Part shown: in pieces, positions 24,830 through 39,080 of the stretch | Position numbering within the stretch: the stretch's first letter is position 1 | How the letters are laid out: every line of letters begins with the position of its first letter | Assembly: GCF_006345805.1 (NCBI RefSeq) | Contig: NC_042998.1 | Location: 84,692,001 to 84,756,000, forward strand | Direction of reading: 5' to 3' | Length of the DNA: 64,000 nt | Source of the DNA: Octopus sinensis | Taxonomy: Eukaryota | Notes under the pieces: model-generated | Told to the model about the DNA's origin: nothing | The model's input: the letters and a program-made list of their open reading frames with translations, nothing else | Database searches by the model: none | Position numbers and translations under genes: made by a program

Positions 24830-27065
24830 ACACTCTTGATGTCATCATGGTAAACTACTGTGGCAAGGCTGATAAGGGAAGCTGAAGAAGCAACAACCAG
24901 AAATCCCTCTGTGCCAGTGGTCCCACAAAGGAATGGAGTCCTCACCCCATTGGACAACCAGAGGAATGCAAGTGCTACCACCAGAAAAGGAATGAAAGGA
25001 CACGAGAATAAACATAAAGAAGGGGAGAAAAAGGAAAACATGAAATAACCAAAACCAAAGCCCCAAACCGCCAAACAAAAAACAAAAATCTCAAATATGG
25101 AGGCTCCAATGGAATCCAAAACCCTAGAGGGGAGAAGAAATTTGGAGTGAAGTCAAGGATATGCAATAGTGACATCATGTATGATGTGAAAGTGATGCCG
25201 ACATTAGTTTCGGTTCACAACATAATAGGGCTAGCTATTTACAGACCAAAAGTAGCCAGAGACATACAGCCTAAAGGAAGCACCCCAAATCTCTCCAATC
25301 TGAACTTCCACAAAGCGGACTGGAAATTGATCCAAAAAGAGGTCCTCAGACAGGACTGGCCAAAATGTCTCTCCACACCAGACATTGGCAAGTCTGTTAT
25401 GCAAACCATATGCCAGAAGTATGTTCCGGAGCACAAGGTCAACACAAAATGGTACAAGATTCCAAGGGAGAGGAAGATCCTAATGAGACTATGGACAAAA
25501 GTTGTAAATCGCTTCAACCAACATTCCAAAAGTAGTGAAAGGTCCGCCTAAAAACAACACTGAAGGAGATTGCAAAAAGCCTGCAACAATCCTATGTGAA
25601 GAAGAGAGCCGACAAAGAAACCTGGGTTCTAAAAAAAACATTAAGTCAAACCCAAAGGTCATCTTTCATTATGCCAAAGAAACAGTCTCACTATGCTGCA
25701 AAATAGGACCGCTCTTCCTAAAGGATGGCTCCCTCACAGATAGTCCTACCAGGATCAGTGAGGAACTGACTGACCAGTCCAAAAGTGTCTTTACCACCCT
25801 GTTGGAACACACAAATGAATGAACCAGTGGATTTCTTTGCTGCCTCACCTATAACCAGTGAGGCAGTTATGATGGATTACATCGACATTAGCAAAGAAGA
25901 TATACTACTAGCCATAGATGAGGAGGATGCAAACTCAACTGCTGGTCCTCAAATTGTGCAAGCATGCCCTGGTGAAACCTCTACAGATTCTCTTCCAGAG
26001 CTTTCTTGCAAATGGCAGGCTGCCAAGCAAACTGAAGGAGGGAATAATATGCCCAATCCATAAAAGAGGAAGCAGAGCAGATGCCAAAATCTATGGGCCT
26101 ATCTCTCTGACTTCACACATCAGCAAAGTCATGGAATGCATTGTCAGAGGGAAACTAATCGCATTCCTTGAAGAAAACGACTTGCTGAGTGATACCCAGC
26201 ATGCCCTTTGAGCAGCTCTTACAGCACTATGAATGGATGTTGAGGCAGTTACTCAACAATTCAAGTGTGGGCATAATATATCTCAAATTTGCAAAAGCTT
26301 TTGATAAAGTGGATCATGGTATGATATGCCACAAACTGTGTGATCTCAGCATAGCTGGAAAACTTGGAGAATGGTTACATGACTTTCTGAAAGATAGAAG
26401 TCAGGCAGTAGTGGCCAATGGAGCCATCTCAAAGAAAACACAAATAATGAGCAGTGTTCCACAGAGCACTGTCTTGGGAGCACTGCTTTTCATAGTGGCC
26501 CTCTCAGATATGCCCTGAGCTGCCCGGATAGCCACCCTTGTTAGCTACGCAGATGATACAAAAGTCTCGCAGAAAATACAGAACCCCAGTGATGTTGCAC
26601 ACCTGCAGCAGTAGTTGGACTCAGTTTACAGATGGGATGAGGATAATAATAAGCAGTTTAATGTTGAAAAATTCCAAGCACTGTGCCACCAGCATCCAAA
26701 ACTGAATATAAAACTTACAGGGTATTACAATTCCAGAGCCTAAATCAGTGAGGGACCTGGGTATCGATATGAGTGATGACACCTCTTTCCAAGTGTACAT
26801 TACCAGGATGGCGACAAAGTACAGATGACTGGCTGGCTGGCTGGATCCTGAGGACTTTCAGAACCAGAGAGCAGGAAACTATGATGGTCCTATGGAGGAC
26901 ATTTGTCCTCAGCTGTTTGGACTACTGCTCCCAGCTATGGTCACCCAACAGTGTAAAATTAACCGCAGACCTTGAAGCAATTCAGAGAAGCTTCACAAAG
27001 AAGATAGTCTCCCTGCAACTGCTCAGCTACTGGGAAAGGCTAAAACAGCTAAGACCCTACTCCCT
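24830..27065 (+). mobile_element. Decayed CR1/L2-group LINE (end of endonuclease region through RT)
   Basis: Frame-shifted ORF pieces NFHKADW, ISKEDILLAID, PISLTSHISKVMECIV, YLKFAKAFDKVDH, VPQSTVLG.LLF and SYADDTK. Confidence 0.85.
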
Positions 27066-27820
27066 GGTGTTGATTCTTCTATCATAGGGAATTGCAAAAC
27101 CTATGATCCTGCACTGTTTGTTTCTTTTGTCATCTATAATCATGCCTAGTCTCCTTGCTTCAGTACTATGGTCAGTCTTTATGGGAAACTCACACAAGAT
27201 CTTGTTGTTCTCATCTTGTAGTTCCTCTGGTTCATGTTCATACCACTTTTCCATTGTTTTGAAGTATCACACTCAGCTAACATCCCAATATGCTCTTTTG
27301 TCTACACAATTATGTCTGCATTCACTCAAAAGGAAATTGGCACTTTCATCTCCTTTCCTGTAGATTCTATCTTTGCTGTCTGACTGAGTTTTGTCAATCA
27401 AGCCTTTATCAGATTTGTTCTAAGGGCTTGTTCCTGAGAAACTATTACTAGTGTCTCTCATTTCAAGTTCCTGTTTGTCAACCAGAGGCAGTAATCTTTA
27501 CTTCCAATATTCTTGGATTGTTACCTGAATTGGCCATGTTATTTCATTTCTTTCTATTTGTTTGTTCTATTGTTCTTCTTTTTCTCTTTGAAATCTCCTA
27601 CACTTTCAGTCACTTTTTGGGTATCTCAAGCTGCCAATAGTATTCTTTCTCTGCTCTGCACAACATAATTTTTCAGACCCAGTATCACAGAAATAGCAGT
27701 CTTCTACATTTAGTAATCCTCTATCACCCCCCTTTCTTGGTAGGTAAAGTTGGTCGGTATTGTTTTTTGAATGGAATGCAATTGTGAGCAGCTTTCTAGT
27801 TCTATCCAAATTCTGTAGCT
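27066..27820 (-). mobile_element. Decayed R4/Dong-clade LINE fragment (C-terminal RLE region)
   Basis: RTRKLLT...QLYLPRKGGDRGLLNVED and KWYEHEP...KILCEFPIKTD...ARRLGMIIDDK...CRIIGFAIPYD resemble the R4/Dong zinc-knuckle/PD-(D/E)xK region. Confidence 0.75.
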
Positions 27821-28321
27821 TTGCTTTATCCTTTTGGGATCAATAAAATAAGTACCTGTTGAGCCCTGAGGTCAGTGTAATCAACTAAGCCTCCTCTCTC
27901 AAAATTTCAGGCCTTGTGCCTATAGGAGAAAGGATTATTATTATTTTCATTATTTCACAAATCTTTTAAACAATAAAGGAATTTGGGGTTGTTGATTTTA
28001 AAACTAGAAGAATTTTGAAAGATTAAGAAATTGTTTACAGAGTTCATAGAAAAATTACGATAAGGGTCAAGACAGGAATAGTTGCATTAATACACTGTGT
28101 TTCTGTGCATCTATACCTGTGTCAGATAGAAACATTATCACCTCACCAGGATCAAGATTGTTGTACAGTAATTCTATCTTATGACCTGTTTGTTTATTGA
28201 TAGCCACTGATAACTAGGAAAAGCATATAATTTACAGGAATTTCTATTTTACCTCACTGATCACTGGAATGTTCCTAATAATCTTTGTTTTATCATTTTC
28301 ATTTACATTTTATATATATTC

Positions 28322-28714
28322 TTTGTTACTTGTTTCAGTCATTTGACTGTGGCCATGCTGGAGCACCACCTTTAGTTGAGCAAATTGACCCCAGGACTTA
28401 TACTTTGTAAGCTTAGTACTTATTCTACCGGTCTCTTTTGCCGAATTGTTAAGTTACGGGGATGTAAGCACACCAGCATCGGTTGTCAAGCGATGTTGGG
28501 GGTACAAACACACACGCACAAACATATACACACTCGTACATATATATGCATATATACAACAGGCTTCTTTCAGTTTCCGTCTACCAAATCCACTGACAAG
28601 GCTTTGGTCAGCCCCAGGCTATAGTAGAAGACACTTGCCCAAGGTGCCATGCAGTGGAACTGAACCTGGAACCATGTGATTTGTAAGCAAGCTACTTACC
28701 ACACAGCAACTCCT
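28322..28714 (-). mobile_element. SINE family 1
   Basis: Reverse-complement match to the + copies. Confidence 0.88.
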
Positions 28715-30061
28715 ATATCTGTATGTCATATTTTTTTTTTCTAGCTGATTTTATTTCTGAAGAAACTTTAGTTTTAATTTTAATATAATTTTTGTTTCCG
28801 TTTACTATTTATGAGGTAGCCAATTTTAATTCACTACTTTGAAGAAAGGCATGAATTCATGCAATTTCATTTCCTCTTTCCTATAAATCTTAAGCCTTGA
28901 GCCTGAGTATGAAACTTGTTTGTCTTTTAGCCTTCTGGGTTGATATAAACAGGACCAGTAACATACTGAAAAGAACTAATGATGCCACTGCCCTTATCAG
29001 TGCAAAGCCAACAAAAGCACCTTTAAATGGCACTTTACATGATAGAAATAGTGACTAAATCTGCCTTAAATCACAATCTCAGTCTTAAAAATGAAAAGTA
29101 GTATAGGTTGGTATATTTGTGATTGGATAAAAAGATGATTTGGTCATTGCTGAAATACCTTTCCTCATAGCTCTGCTTCATAGGGTTGCTGTGATCTATT
29201 GGATCAGGGTTGTGGAAAATTTTTTGTGAGTACTGGGAACCAAGGGGGCTAAGGGGTTAGTGATCAATGCCTGTGTTATATTATTAAAGTTATTGTCTTT
29301 TATTCAAATAAAATGAAAAAAAATTAACTTATGGCCATAGCTCTTGGGCTAAAACTAGATAAAATAAATAAATGATATTACAATAGACGACTAGTTAGCT
29401 ACAACAACAATAAACTGGAATATAAAGAGAAATTTCAATTGTTATCTTTAGGTTAAATATGAAGCACTTAGATTACATGCCTGAGTTTAGCCAAAACTAC
29501 ACACACTAAGGATTGGGTCAATAAGTTAGGTCAGGTGATGATGCATCAGATATTCACTTATAGTAGGTAGTCACCTGCATAAAACTAGTACAGGGAACCA
29601 AATTACTCTGGCTTGATATTATGTGTATCATCATCATCATTATTGTCATCATAATTTAATGTCCACCTTCCATACTGGCATGGGCTGGACGATTTGTCAG
29701 GAGCTTGTACCTGACTTCTGTGTCTGATTGGCAGGGTTTTTACAGCTGGATGCCTTTCCTAACACCAACAACCCAGCAGAGTGTAGTGAGTGCTTTTTAT
29801 GTGGCACAAGCACAGGTGAAGTCAGTTTTGGCATGATTTTTACAGCTGGATGCACTTCTAAATGCCAACCACTTTATAGTGTGCACTGAATGCTTTTTAT
29901 GTGGCATCAGTACAGGCAGGGTCACCAAGTAACTGGCAAGACAAAGATCCTTTGAAAGTGGGGGGCATTGGAGGAGGGTATCTCTTGACAGATGATGAAA
30001 AGTTATAGTGAGACAGAAACAGGTGTCTTGCTGTAGTGGAGGCACAAGTTTACCTGGCCAG

Positions 30062-30097
<36 letters not shown>

Positions 30098-31085
30098 AGA
30101 ATGAGGTCAGAAACAGGTGTACTGCTGTAAAGGAGATACATAGTTACCCAGCCAGAGGGAAGAGCAGGAGAAAGAGAGTGGGAGACAGCAAGAGTGCAAG
30201 AGAGATATGATGGCAGAGTGCCAGGCATACTCACAAGGGATGGGGATCAGAATATAAATGGGATGGTTGAGAAAAGAAGAGAGAGATAGGTGGTAGCAAG
30301 TGCTAGGGCATACCCTTGAAGTATGGAGTTATGTAAGAATAAATGCGTTACTTAGATACACAATAGTAACCACTGAAGATTTAAACTCTCCTGTGATCTG
30401 ACAATACACCAGCTGACCAGCCTATTTCCATGCTCTCAGTCAGTGAGGGATATTAAATACCAATAACTATACATTGGATACCACTGACTAATCACATAAA
30501 GTGTTTCCCAAGCAGGGGGCAGCAAGTCCATAGTAAGTAGGTTTGGCATAGTGATAAAATAATAATAATGATGATGATAATAATAATAATAATATTTTTA
30601 AAGTTCTGAAAGTAAATTAGTTAAGATATTAAGATATATAACTTTGGGGTACTAACATAAAAAAAAACTAGAAAATGTGAAAGTGAATAAATAAATAAAA
30701 ATAACATCAAAATACTGCCTTAAACTAATACTATGTGAGAAAATAAAATGTAATCAATAGAATATTGAAGTAAAAATTAATTAGTTGTTGTTGATAAAAC
30801 ATATCTAAAGTCTGGGAGGTGTGAAATGTAGCAAGGTGGCATTTAAAAGGTGTTAGTAAAAGCAAAAGGCAGTAGCTGAAAATGTTTGAGAAACACTAGT
30901 AAACAGTAGGATCCAAAGAAACCAGTGGTAGTCTGCATTAGCAATTTCTGAATGTATACCTACTGTTTAAAAGTAATAATTTGGTTTGTAAAATAGTCTG
31001 TGTAAATTGATTTCATTTGTTTCTTCTTTTTTTACATCCCCTGATGTATATGTATATATGTATATGTATATATGTATATGTATAT

Positions 31086-31117
<32 letters not shown>

Positions 31118-31617
31118 GTATATATGTATATGTATATATGATACAGTTGTGTATATGTATATGTATATATATACATATATATGTATATATATATATGTAT
31201 ACAGTTGTGTATATGTACATATATTGTAATCTTCCAATAGTGAAACACGTGTAGTTCCTTCATATTTAATAAATTTAAGTATTAACTAAAGTAAGAGATA
31301 ATTAATGAAGTATATTATATACTCTGCTGGTAATTTTGGTTATATTCTTTAAGTATTATTTCATGATGTGCAAACTGATACCACGCGTTTACTTTCTGAT
31401 ATACTCAATAGGTTTTTTTTTTGTATTATCTGAAATAGAATACCTGCATATTGATTAATCCCCCAAAATTGAATTAATATTGACTTTTATCAAATACTTC
31501 GTATATTTATATATTTATCTATAAATATACGATAAATAAGACCCCAGGGTACGATATGTAGATCCATATGATGCTGAAGGGTTGTACCTGATTGATTTGG
31601 AAATTTGTTTTCCCAAA

Positions 31618-31621
<4 letters not shown>

Positions 31622-31658
<37 letters not shown>

Positions 31659-31692
31659 TATATTTATATACATATATATTTGTGTGTGGGAT

Positions 31693-31728
<36 letters not shown>

Positions 31729-31765
31729 TATATATTTATATGCATATATATTTGTGTGTGGGATG

Positions 31766-31796
<31 letters not shown>

Positions 31797-31844
31797 TATA
31801 TTTATATACATATATATTTGTGTGTGGGATGATATATATATATA
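31622..31844. repeat. Three ~68-bp microsatellite-derived tandem units
   Basis: (ta)n cacaca tatatatatttatata(t)(g)catatatatt tgtgtgtgggatga occurs three times. Confidence 0.9.
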
Positions 31845-32069
31845 AGGCGAGCTGGCAGAAACGTTAGCACGCCGGGCGAAATGCTTAGCGGTATTTCGTC
31901 TGCCGCTATGTTCTGAGTTCAAATTCCGCTGAGGTCGACTTTGCCTTTCATCCTTTCGGGGTCGATAAATTAAGTACCAGTTATGCACTGGGGTCGGTAT
32001 AATCGACTTAATCCGTTTGTCTGTCCTTGTTTGTCCCCTCTATGTTTAGCCCCTTGTGGGCAATAAAGA

Positions 32070-32075
<6 letters not shown>
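31845..32075 (+). mobile_element. Young tRNA-headed SINE, family 2
   Basis: ggcgagctggcagaaacgttag...gagttcaaattcc head and gtcgactttgcctttcatcctttcggggtcgataaa conserved central domain; CpGs intact; inserted in (TA)n. Older pieces lie near 19.9, 27.8, 35.8 and 61.3 kb. Confidence 0.88.
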
Positions 32076-32106
<31 letters not shown>

Positions 32107-32110
<4 letters not shown>

Positions 32111-33493
32111 GCTATCCGGAAAGTTCATGCCGATTTTTAAGGGAAACAAAATTATGCCATTAAATATTTATTCAACTAAATATGAACCATTTTGTTGTAC
32201 AACCTTTCTCCACCTTTTCTTCAACTTAAAGGTTCTGTCTTCCTAGGATTTTGGTGGTTTCTTGGCAAAGAACTCATTAAGGTGGAGTTTCTCCAAAGAA
32301 TTAAAATTCTTACCATTAAGGTTATTTTGCAAGGACCTGAATAAATGAAAATCCAAAGGAGCAATGTTCGGTGAATATGGTGGGTTTAAGTAACACATTC
32401 CAGCCAAGCTGCAACAATTTTTGATGGGTCACCAAAGAAACGTGAGATCTGGCATTATCCTGATGGAAAACAACACCTTTCCTGGGTGTTTTTCTTGAAT
32501 TGTTGAATTTTCTTGAATCTCAATCAATGCCCTGACTTGGTCATCATCTGAAGGGTGTGGGGGTCTGCCTGAGTGTTCTTCATCAATAAAGCTACAATTA
32601 CCAACTCTAAACTTAGCAAACCATTTCTGTACAGTTCTGTCAGCCAAATCATCCAATTGCAAGCAGTACTTCTCAGAATTAATTGACTGGTTACTTGGCA
32701 AAAGTACAGGATTCGTTTCCAGTCACATCAGATGCAGAGCATGGCTTTCTTAGGATGAAGACCTGCTTTTAAAGTGGCTAAAGGTGGCTCATGTCACTTA
32801 CCCCAGGTTTTTTTTCACTGAACATTGTTGTAAACGATCCATTTCTCATCACTCATCACTATTTGCTTCAAAAAAGGATGCATTTTCATTGTGTTTATGC
32901 AGCAAATCACAGATAAAAATGTGATACAAAAGATTCTTTTCACTCAAATCATGTGGTACCTACACATTGTAGTGATTTGAGTCCCCAAGCTTCACTAAGT
33001 GCCCATGAAGGTGGATTTTAATAAATTCAGTGTTTCTGCCAATTCCTGCATTGTGTAATGCGAGTTATGCTCAATCAGTGCCCTGATTTGGTCATCTGAG
33101 GCGGGGGCGGGGGGTGTCTGCCTGAGTGTTCTTCATCAGTAAAGCTACAATTACCAACTCTAAACTTAGCAAGCCATTTCTGTACAGTTCTGTCAGCCAA
33201 AGTACCTTCACCGTACATAGCACATATCTTTTTTGTTGCTAGCAAAGTAGTTTTGCCTTTATGGTAATAAAAAAGCATCAAGTGTTTAAAATGCACCTTA
33301 TAAACTTCTATTTTCATAGAGATGCAGAATTGACACGAATTAAGTAATTTTAAACCTTCTTTCTCAAGAGATAGTTTGAAGTGTGCACTAACTGGAAATG
33401 TAAGCATATCGTATGTATTGATAAATTTGACATATTCTAATGTGTTGGAATCTGAGTGAATAAAAATTGGCATGAACTTTCCGGACAACCCAG
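32107..33493 (-). mobile_element. Decayed mariner transposon with both TIRs and an internal duplication
   Basis: TA flanks; TIR ttgggctatccggaaagttcatgcc versus ctgggttgtccggaaagttcatgcc; GVVFHQDNARSH and DRTVQKWFAKFRVG motifs. About 100 bp near 32545 is repeated near 33110. Confidence 0.9.
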
Positions 33494-33524
33494 TATATAT
33501 ATTTGTGTGTGTGTGTGTATGTGT

Positions 33525-33845
33525 ATGAGGTGGTATCAAAAAGTTCCTGGACTACTTCTGTAGTGCATCAACAGCTGGTAGCACATGGTTGCATGTGTTG
33601 AGAGCTGGCAGTGATCTTCATGAGGCAGTGTGTCAAGTGACATCAAAATGTTTACTTTGCAAGTTGTGAAATTTGTGTTTTTGTGATCATGTGTATGCTG
33701 TTGTCTGTGATTTTATCATGAACAGGAACAAAGAGCCAACATGGAATTTTGCTACAGAGATATTGAGCATGCTTCAGCAAGCTTATGGTGACGATGCAAT
33801 GGGTTGTATACAATATTTCAAGTAGCACAGGTGCTTCAAAAACAG
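33525..33845 (+). mobile_element. Mariner 5' fragment (different subfamily)
   Basis: gaggtggtatcaaaaagttcc TIR-like start; EQRANMEFC and MLQQAYGDDAMG remnants. Confidence 0.6.
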
Positions 33846-34212
33846 ATTGGCCCATGTGCCAGTGACATGTAAAAAAAACACCCACTACATTCTTGGAGTG
33901 GTTGGTGTCAGGAAGGGCATCCAGCTGTAGAAACCTTGTCAGAACAGATTGGAGCCTGGTGCAGCCTCCTGGCTTGCTAGACATCAGTGAAACCGTTCAA
34001 CCCATGACCGCATGGAAAGTAGACATTCAACAATGATGATGATAATAACGATAGTCTTCTGTTTCTACTTTTCAAGTGTTACAAAACCACTTTTGGCTTT
34101 ACTTGCAGGATTTATCAGGCTGGTACTGTTTTGGAAATAGTTTGTTGTTAATGTTGTCTATCACAGCCTCATCTGGCCTTCGCAATTTGGATTTATCCTT
34201 AACTCCAACTGC

Positions 34213-35515
34213 TGTGATCAACTTATCAAGTTTCCTGAATACATCACCCAGGTCACTGATGGTGGTTCATGAATGTTGTTTACCTTGACTTTGCTAAAGC
34301 TTTTAGTTCTGTGTCACACAAAAGACTTATGGTAAAACTTTCTGCAATAGGTGAGAAAGATGATCTTTTTAACTGTTTGGAGTCCTTTATTTTTACTCAA
34401 AAAGAGGTAGTCATGGTTCTAGGACAGTATTCTTCACCCGCTGAAATGTACTACAGGGATCTGTTCTTGGTTCCCTTTTGATTGTTGCATACATTAATGA
34501 CATAGATGATAACTTAAAGAATGCCACAATGCTGAAATATGCAGATGACATCAAGTTGAACCTTGAGATGAAAAAGGCAGATCCTGAACACTATAGATCT
34601 TTCTTCCAATCAGACCTGGACACAATGCAACAATGGATCACAGACTGGCAATTCAAGCTGGCTGTGGACAAGTGTACCATCATGCATTTTGGAAGGAAAA
34701 ACCCAGTGTCTGCATACTCTCTCCACAACACTAATATCAAGAAGTCGTCTTGTGAACCTGACCTGGGCATTACTGTCAGCAGCGATTTGTGCTGGACAAA
34801 GCACATCTCTAAAATTGTCAAGAAGGCCAAGGGTGTCTTAGTGTCATTCAGCAAGACCTTTGGCAGCTGCTCTCCAGCTATCTATTTAAGGCTGCGTATG
34901 GCTATGGTGTGACCACACTTTGAATTTGCATCACCAGTCTGGAACCCCTATCTTGCTCAGGACATTGACTTCCTGGAAACTATTCAGAGACATGCAACCA
35001 AGCAAATACCCTCCATCAGGTATCTACCACACTTTGAATGCCTTGCCTCCTTGGGCATAGTGACATTGAAGCTCTGACATCTGGCAACTGACTTGGTAAA
35101 CACCCACAAAATTATTAACCATTGTGCCAACAACCACCTTGAGCACCTTTTTGAGCTCCATGTGTTTAACACATGTGTGCATGCCTACAAAGCCAGAAAA
35201 CAGCACAGCTCCCATGGCTTTCGGAAACATTTTTTCACACTCAGAGTTGCTGAAGCATGGAATGAACTACCTGCATCAGTTGTTAGTTGCTGAGACATTG
35301 CATCCTTTAAAACCTCCATGCTTCCTGAAGTTTTCTAACTCTACACCTGATATTTCCCCTTCCATATGCATGCACACATGTATATCATGACTCATACACT
35401 GTTCACTTTACTGACTTTTGTACATAATTCTATGTACTGTACATGCACCTTTGATGAGTTGTAGTGCACCTGAGCACAATACACAATAATTTCATTATTA
35501 TAATTATTATTATAA
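34213..35515 (+). mobile_element. 5'-truncated decayed CR1-like LINE
   Basis: VVYLDFAKAFSSVSHKRL, KYADDIK and HFFTLRVAEAWNELP, followed by a (CATT/ATT)-like tail. Confidence 0.85.
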
Positions 35516-37206
35516 GTCAAATGCATTCCATATTATCAACAACAATTTTGTACTGATTTTAAATCCCATTCTAATATTCGTTGTTTTATTTTTGGTGTCC
35601 TTTTGTTCTTTTAATTTGAAATTTATTACAGTGAATGTCTTTAATTAACCACAAATAATGTTTATATACATCATTTTATTAGATTAAGCTTGGCAACAAA
35701 TCCAAATTTGATTCTTACCTATACATATGTTTGTTAATACATTGAGTAAAGCCATCAACATTGGAACTTAGTATCATACCAATTTTAATACTATAAGTCT
35801 TGTCACTGACATACTTGTTAGTGCATCAGACAAGATGCTTTGTGGCATTTCTTCCAGCTTTACATTGTGAGTTCAAATTGTGCCAAAATTGACTTTACCT
35901 TTCATTCTTTTGAGGTCATATATATTCAACTAACTCCAGCCCAATGCAGAATGGCCGTGTGCCTATCGTAGAAAGAATTATTGTTTAGTAGTCTACAATA
36001 TGATAGCAAATGCCAGGCTAAGAATAGTCTGACAGTCCTTTAGAATTGGAAATTTCAGTCTGTTTGTACAATTTGATATAGTACTTTTTACATCTCTGAT
36101 CACTGTTACACCTGTCTTATGCACATACTATCTGAATGTTTATTTTTCCCTGCAACAATTTTACTTACTTGTTTTTCAACTTTATTCATTTTTCTGCATA
36201 CACAGCCAATTTCCCAAAGCACAACTTTTGTTTAGTCTTTGTTTTTTACATTTCACAAACTATTAGTATCAGACTGCTATATTTATTTAATTGTACAAAT
36301 TAAACACAATTTATTAAAAGTAGCAGATTTGTTAGAATGCCCATATTGAAAATTTACCTAGTAAATGTGTGTGTCTAAGTGTGTGTATATTATTATGATG
36401 ATCATCATCATTTAACATCTGTTGTTCATGCTGGTACAGGTTGAGCAGTTTGACCTGTGCTGCACTAGGCGCTAGTCTGATTTGGCATGGTTTCTATGAC
36501 TGGATACTCTTCCTAATGTCAACCACTTTACAGAATGTTGTAATCCTCTGTTGGACTGTTATAACGCCCACTCCAGTATAGCAGTATAGTTAGACAAGTA
36601 AGATGCGACTATCTCTCTGACTGGCTACCTCTGTACTCTCTACCTCTCTACTGTGTTGGCTTCCTATGTTACACTATTTGTAACAACTAGCACATACCAC
36701 ACATCATGTGTGTATGTGGTGGGGTGCTCCATTATTACTACCATCCCTATAACAATGTGCTGGGTGCTCTTACGTGGCACTGCATGAACACTTTTGATCA
36801 TTGCTTTTAGGTCAGTTTTGATTCACTAGGATTCTTTGAAACATTGTAATTTTAAACACTGGTTATTTTAGCAAATAGCCCACATTGATAAAAAAATACT
36901 GTGTAATCCTGAAAAGTAGCATAATCTACTCCTTATCCAATTTATAAATCCAAGGTGTTTTTTTTTTTTAGTTTTTCATGGTGTATTTTAAAAAAAATAT
37001 TTTATTACTAGGGTTCCCTGTATCATTTATATTTGTTTAAATGAGCAATTTTATTTTAAAAAGTTAAATCTGGTGTCCTAGATCTTGTGGTCTTACAAGT
37101 ATAGGTTCACATTCCTAATACAGATATTTTTCTTTATTCTTCAGTACAGTATCCCTACCACATCTGGTTTTTAGATCACACTTAATTTTTTTTCTCTGGT
37201 CATGGG

Positions 37207-37535
37207 TGCAAGTATGACTATGTAATTAAAATGTCTGTTTTTGCAGCCATATATATGGTTTTGGGTTCAGCCCTAGGCCAACCATTGCTTTGTGAGTGTA
37301 TTTAGTTGATAGAAACTGTGCAGAAGCATGTGATTTTTATGTGTCTGCTTGTCTGTCTGTCTTACTTTGTCTCCCTCCCCCTCTCTTTCTCACCATTTGT
37401 TTCTCACCCGTTAGCAATTGGTGTCAAAATGTTTGTCTCTGAAACTAATAGTATAAACTTCAGACTTAAAATAAGTACTGGGGTGTCCTAGCATGGATGC
37501 AGTCCAATAACTGAAACCATTAAAAGAATAAAAGA
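37207..37535 (+). mobile_element. SINE family 1 (old, deleted)
   Basis: Degenerate colinear match. Confidence 0.65.
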
Positions 37536-38506
37536 ACCTTTTGTTTTGTCAGAGCTGTACAAGAATAATCAATGCATTTTCAACCTGTAAGTTGGAATCT
37601 ATAACAAGGCCAATTTAATGCTTAGGCCTTAACTTTTGGGTTATGCTCCTGCACAGTATAGAAGGACTTTATCCTTCTATCCTGAGAAAAGAAATCTCCT
37701 TAATTCACATAATCTACTCACTTAACTATAATCTTTCACACTTTATTCAAAATGACCCGGATGTTGTCAAAAGAAATTTGCTTTATCATTTATTAAAACA
37801 ATTTATGCATACCTAGTGATAAGCTATTCATTACACCAGTCTCTCAAACTAGTTTAAAACTATTTTATGTCATTTATAGTGTTAATTGAATTTGTATTGT
37901 ATCTGCCCCAAATATCGTACATTTCACTCTTATGTAAGAAAAATGATTGGGATGGGGAATTTAGTGCAGATGTCTTATAATTTTTCAGTTGCCTTTACTG
38001 CATTGTATACAGATTCTTTTAAGTTTTAAATTTGTGTTTTATGTTACCATAAATGAAACAATTAATTTTGTAACTACCTGAAGAGCAGGTAAGTTAGTTG
38101 ACTCAGCAGGGCACAAAACTAAGTGCTTTATTCTGTATAATGTGGCACCTCACTCTATTGAATTGTGATCTAAATAAACATCAGTTTTCATCAATCTGAG
38201 GCTGACAGTATGAATAACAGAGTTCAGTGCTTCAAACACACTTGCTAAACAAATTCTTCAGCACAACAATATTTTTCACCTACTTGCTCATGTTTTACTT
38301 ACATGCAACTTCTTAAAAAGAGAGAAAAAAGTAAACAGTTTTTTTCTTTGAAGTCTGTTATGAGTATCTAATTGTTCAACCAACAGAACCACCTGCTCAT
38401 TGCATTCACTTATAAGTAGTGGAATATTCCACAGACATGTGTACTCTCAATGTAATTCTCAGGCAAAATCAGTTTGATACAAGGTGTAACACGGTTAAGC
38501 CTTTAA

Positions 38507-38727
38507 CCCTTTTGTTACTGTATTTATTATGAGATGCTTTGTGTTTCTTTCAATTACGTTAAATATAACAAAAGAATTTAGTAAAATAACTTAATTATCA
38601 TTCAGCAAGTGTTAGGAATATAAATTGTGACTAAGGTTTGGTGGAAGATTTTAATTCAAAACTTATAAAAACAAGACATTTGTACTCAGAGCCAGAGCTG
38701 GTTTCAGCCAGGTTGGTAACGAAAGGG
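38507..38727. mobile_element. piggyBac-type MITE (related to 6664-6869)
   Basis: TTAA flanks and TIR cccttttgttac / gtaacgaaaggg (11 of 12 match). A degenerate relative lies at about 57560-57775. Confidence 0.8.
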
Positions 38728-39080
38728 TTAAATAACTAGTAGTTCATCTGATGGGCTTCCATACAGTTTCTGTCTATTCACTTTCACTTACAAGGCTTGA
38801 ATCAAACTGAGGTTGTGGGAAAATATGCCTTCCCTGTATACTATGCAGTAGATCAACTCCAGGACCTCTTGATTGTAAAGTGAACTTCTTAACTGCTAAC
38901 CCAAGCCCCTTTCACCCATAAGTACAATGCATCAAACTGAAAATTATATTGTGTGTAATGACCCTTAACTAAGTTAATAACCACTTTAAGACAACTTGAG
39001 TCATTTATCACTTTATTTGACCAACTGATTAAAAAAAAAATAGATATTAAATCGGAATATGCAGAGAAAAAGCAATGTAA

